Below, piece after piece: positions 34,809 to 34,989 of a DNA stretch of 34,989 bases. The stretch is from Acidobacteriota bacterium. Its GTDB lineage: Bacteria > Acidobacteriota > UBA6911. Below the pieces are notes generated by a model, which did not search any database, was not told where the DNA came from, and worked only from the letters and a program-made list of their open reading frames with translations. The translations under genes were made by a program, and so were the position numbers. The stretch covers positions 1-34,989 of the forward strand of contig JBEKYG010000002.1 of NCBI GenBank assembly GCA_049511215.1. The letters are read 5' to 3'. The stretch's first letter is position 1; each line of letters begins with the position of its first letter.

Positions 34809-34989
34809 AATGGCCTCTCGATTCTTCCGGAACAATTTGTAACGTCTCGAGTTCCGTGCCACGCAGAACGGTCAAGGTTGAGCTGACCCCGACGCGGGTT
34901 TCGGTCATGAGCTTGTGGAGATCATCGATGCCGGCCGTCGATTGGTTGTCGAAGGCGAGGATGACGTCCCCCTCCCGCAAACCGGCACG
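34807..34989 (-). CDS. C-terminal PDZ-domain end of an HtrA/DegP-like serine protease (N-terminus outside the window)
   Basis: Not in the ORF track (open to the window edge). The reverse frame from 34989 reads RAGLREGDVILAFDNQSTAGIDDLHKLMTETRVGVSSTLTVLRGTELETLQIVPEESRGH, ending at a stop at 34809-34807. The GLxxGDVI...L.VLR pattern is typical of a PDZ domain. Only 60 aa are visible. Confidence 0.55.
   Translation of the reverse strand, partial: RAGLREGDVILAFDNQSTAGIDDLHKLMTETRVGVSSTLTVLRGTELETLQIVPEESRGH

Overview
This is a 34,989-bp window of GC-rich bacterial chromosome, densely coded and overwhelmingly core housekeeping. Left third: a partial beta-lactamase-family hydrolase (-) and a glutaryl-CoA-dehydrogenase-like ACAD (+). 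Next comes a minus-strand glycogen cluster (GH57 enzyme, decayed glgP remnant, GalT-like HIT transferase, glgA), then a GAF histidine-kinase/receiver pair. Middle: hup, rpoD, a GldA/GldF/GldG-like ABC module plus DUF4340, then rimP-nusA-infB-DUF503-rbfA-truB. Right third: a comEA-like gene, a secreted TPR protein, ispE, tRNA-Gln(UUG), prs, rplY(ctc), pth, rpsF-rpsR-rplI, dnaB, and the PDZ tail of a convergent HtrA-like protease. The gene order resembles Acidobacteriota-like genomes, but taxonomy cannot be verified from the sequence alone. I found no defence island, toxin module, prophage, CRISPR array, biosynthetic cluster or uncharacterised multi-gene protein system. The unusual content is non-coding. 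About 13 of 17 intergenic spacers over 50 bp carry hairpin elements whose arms are tandem arrays of very short units, 7 nt in most and 6 or 9 nt in others. They include two ~265-bp composite palindromic elements with a conserved shell and a core flipped between copies. One 140-bp element has perfect 16-bp TIRs and an 8-bp target-site duplication, inserted exactly between the prs stop codon and the rplY ribosome-binding site. Secondary observations: a glgP remnant with an internal deletion and an in-frame stop; a histidine kinase whose H-box His is replaced by Phe; a promoter-terminator leader immediately upstream of rimP-nusA; and a nested GNRA-loop hairpin element between nusA and infB. All calls come from reading the sequence and the ORF track; no database searches were run.
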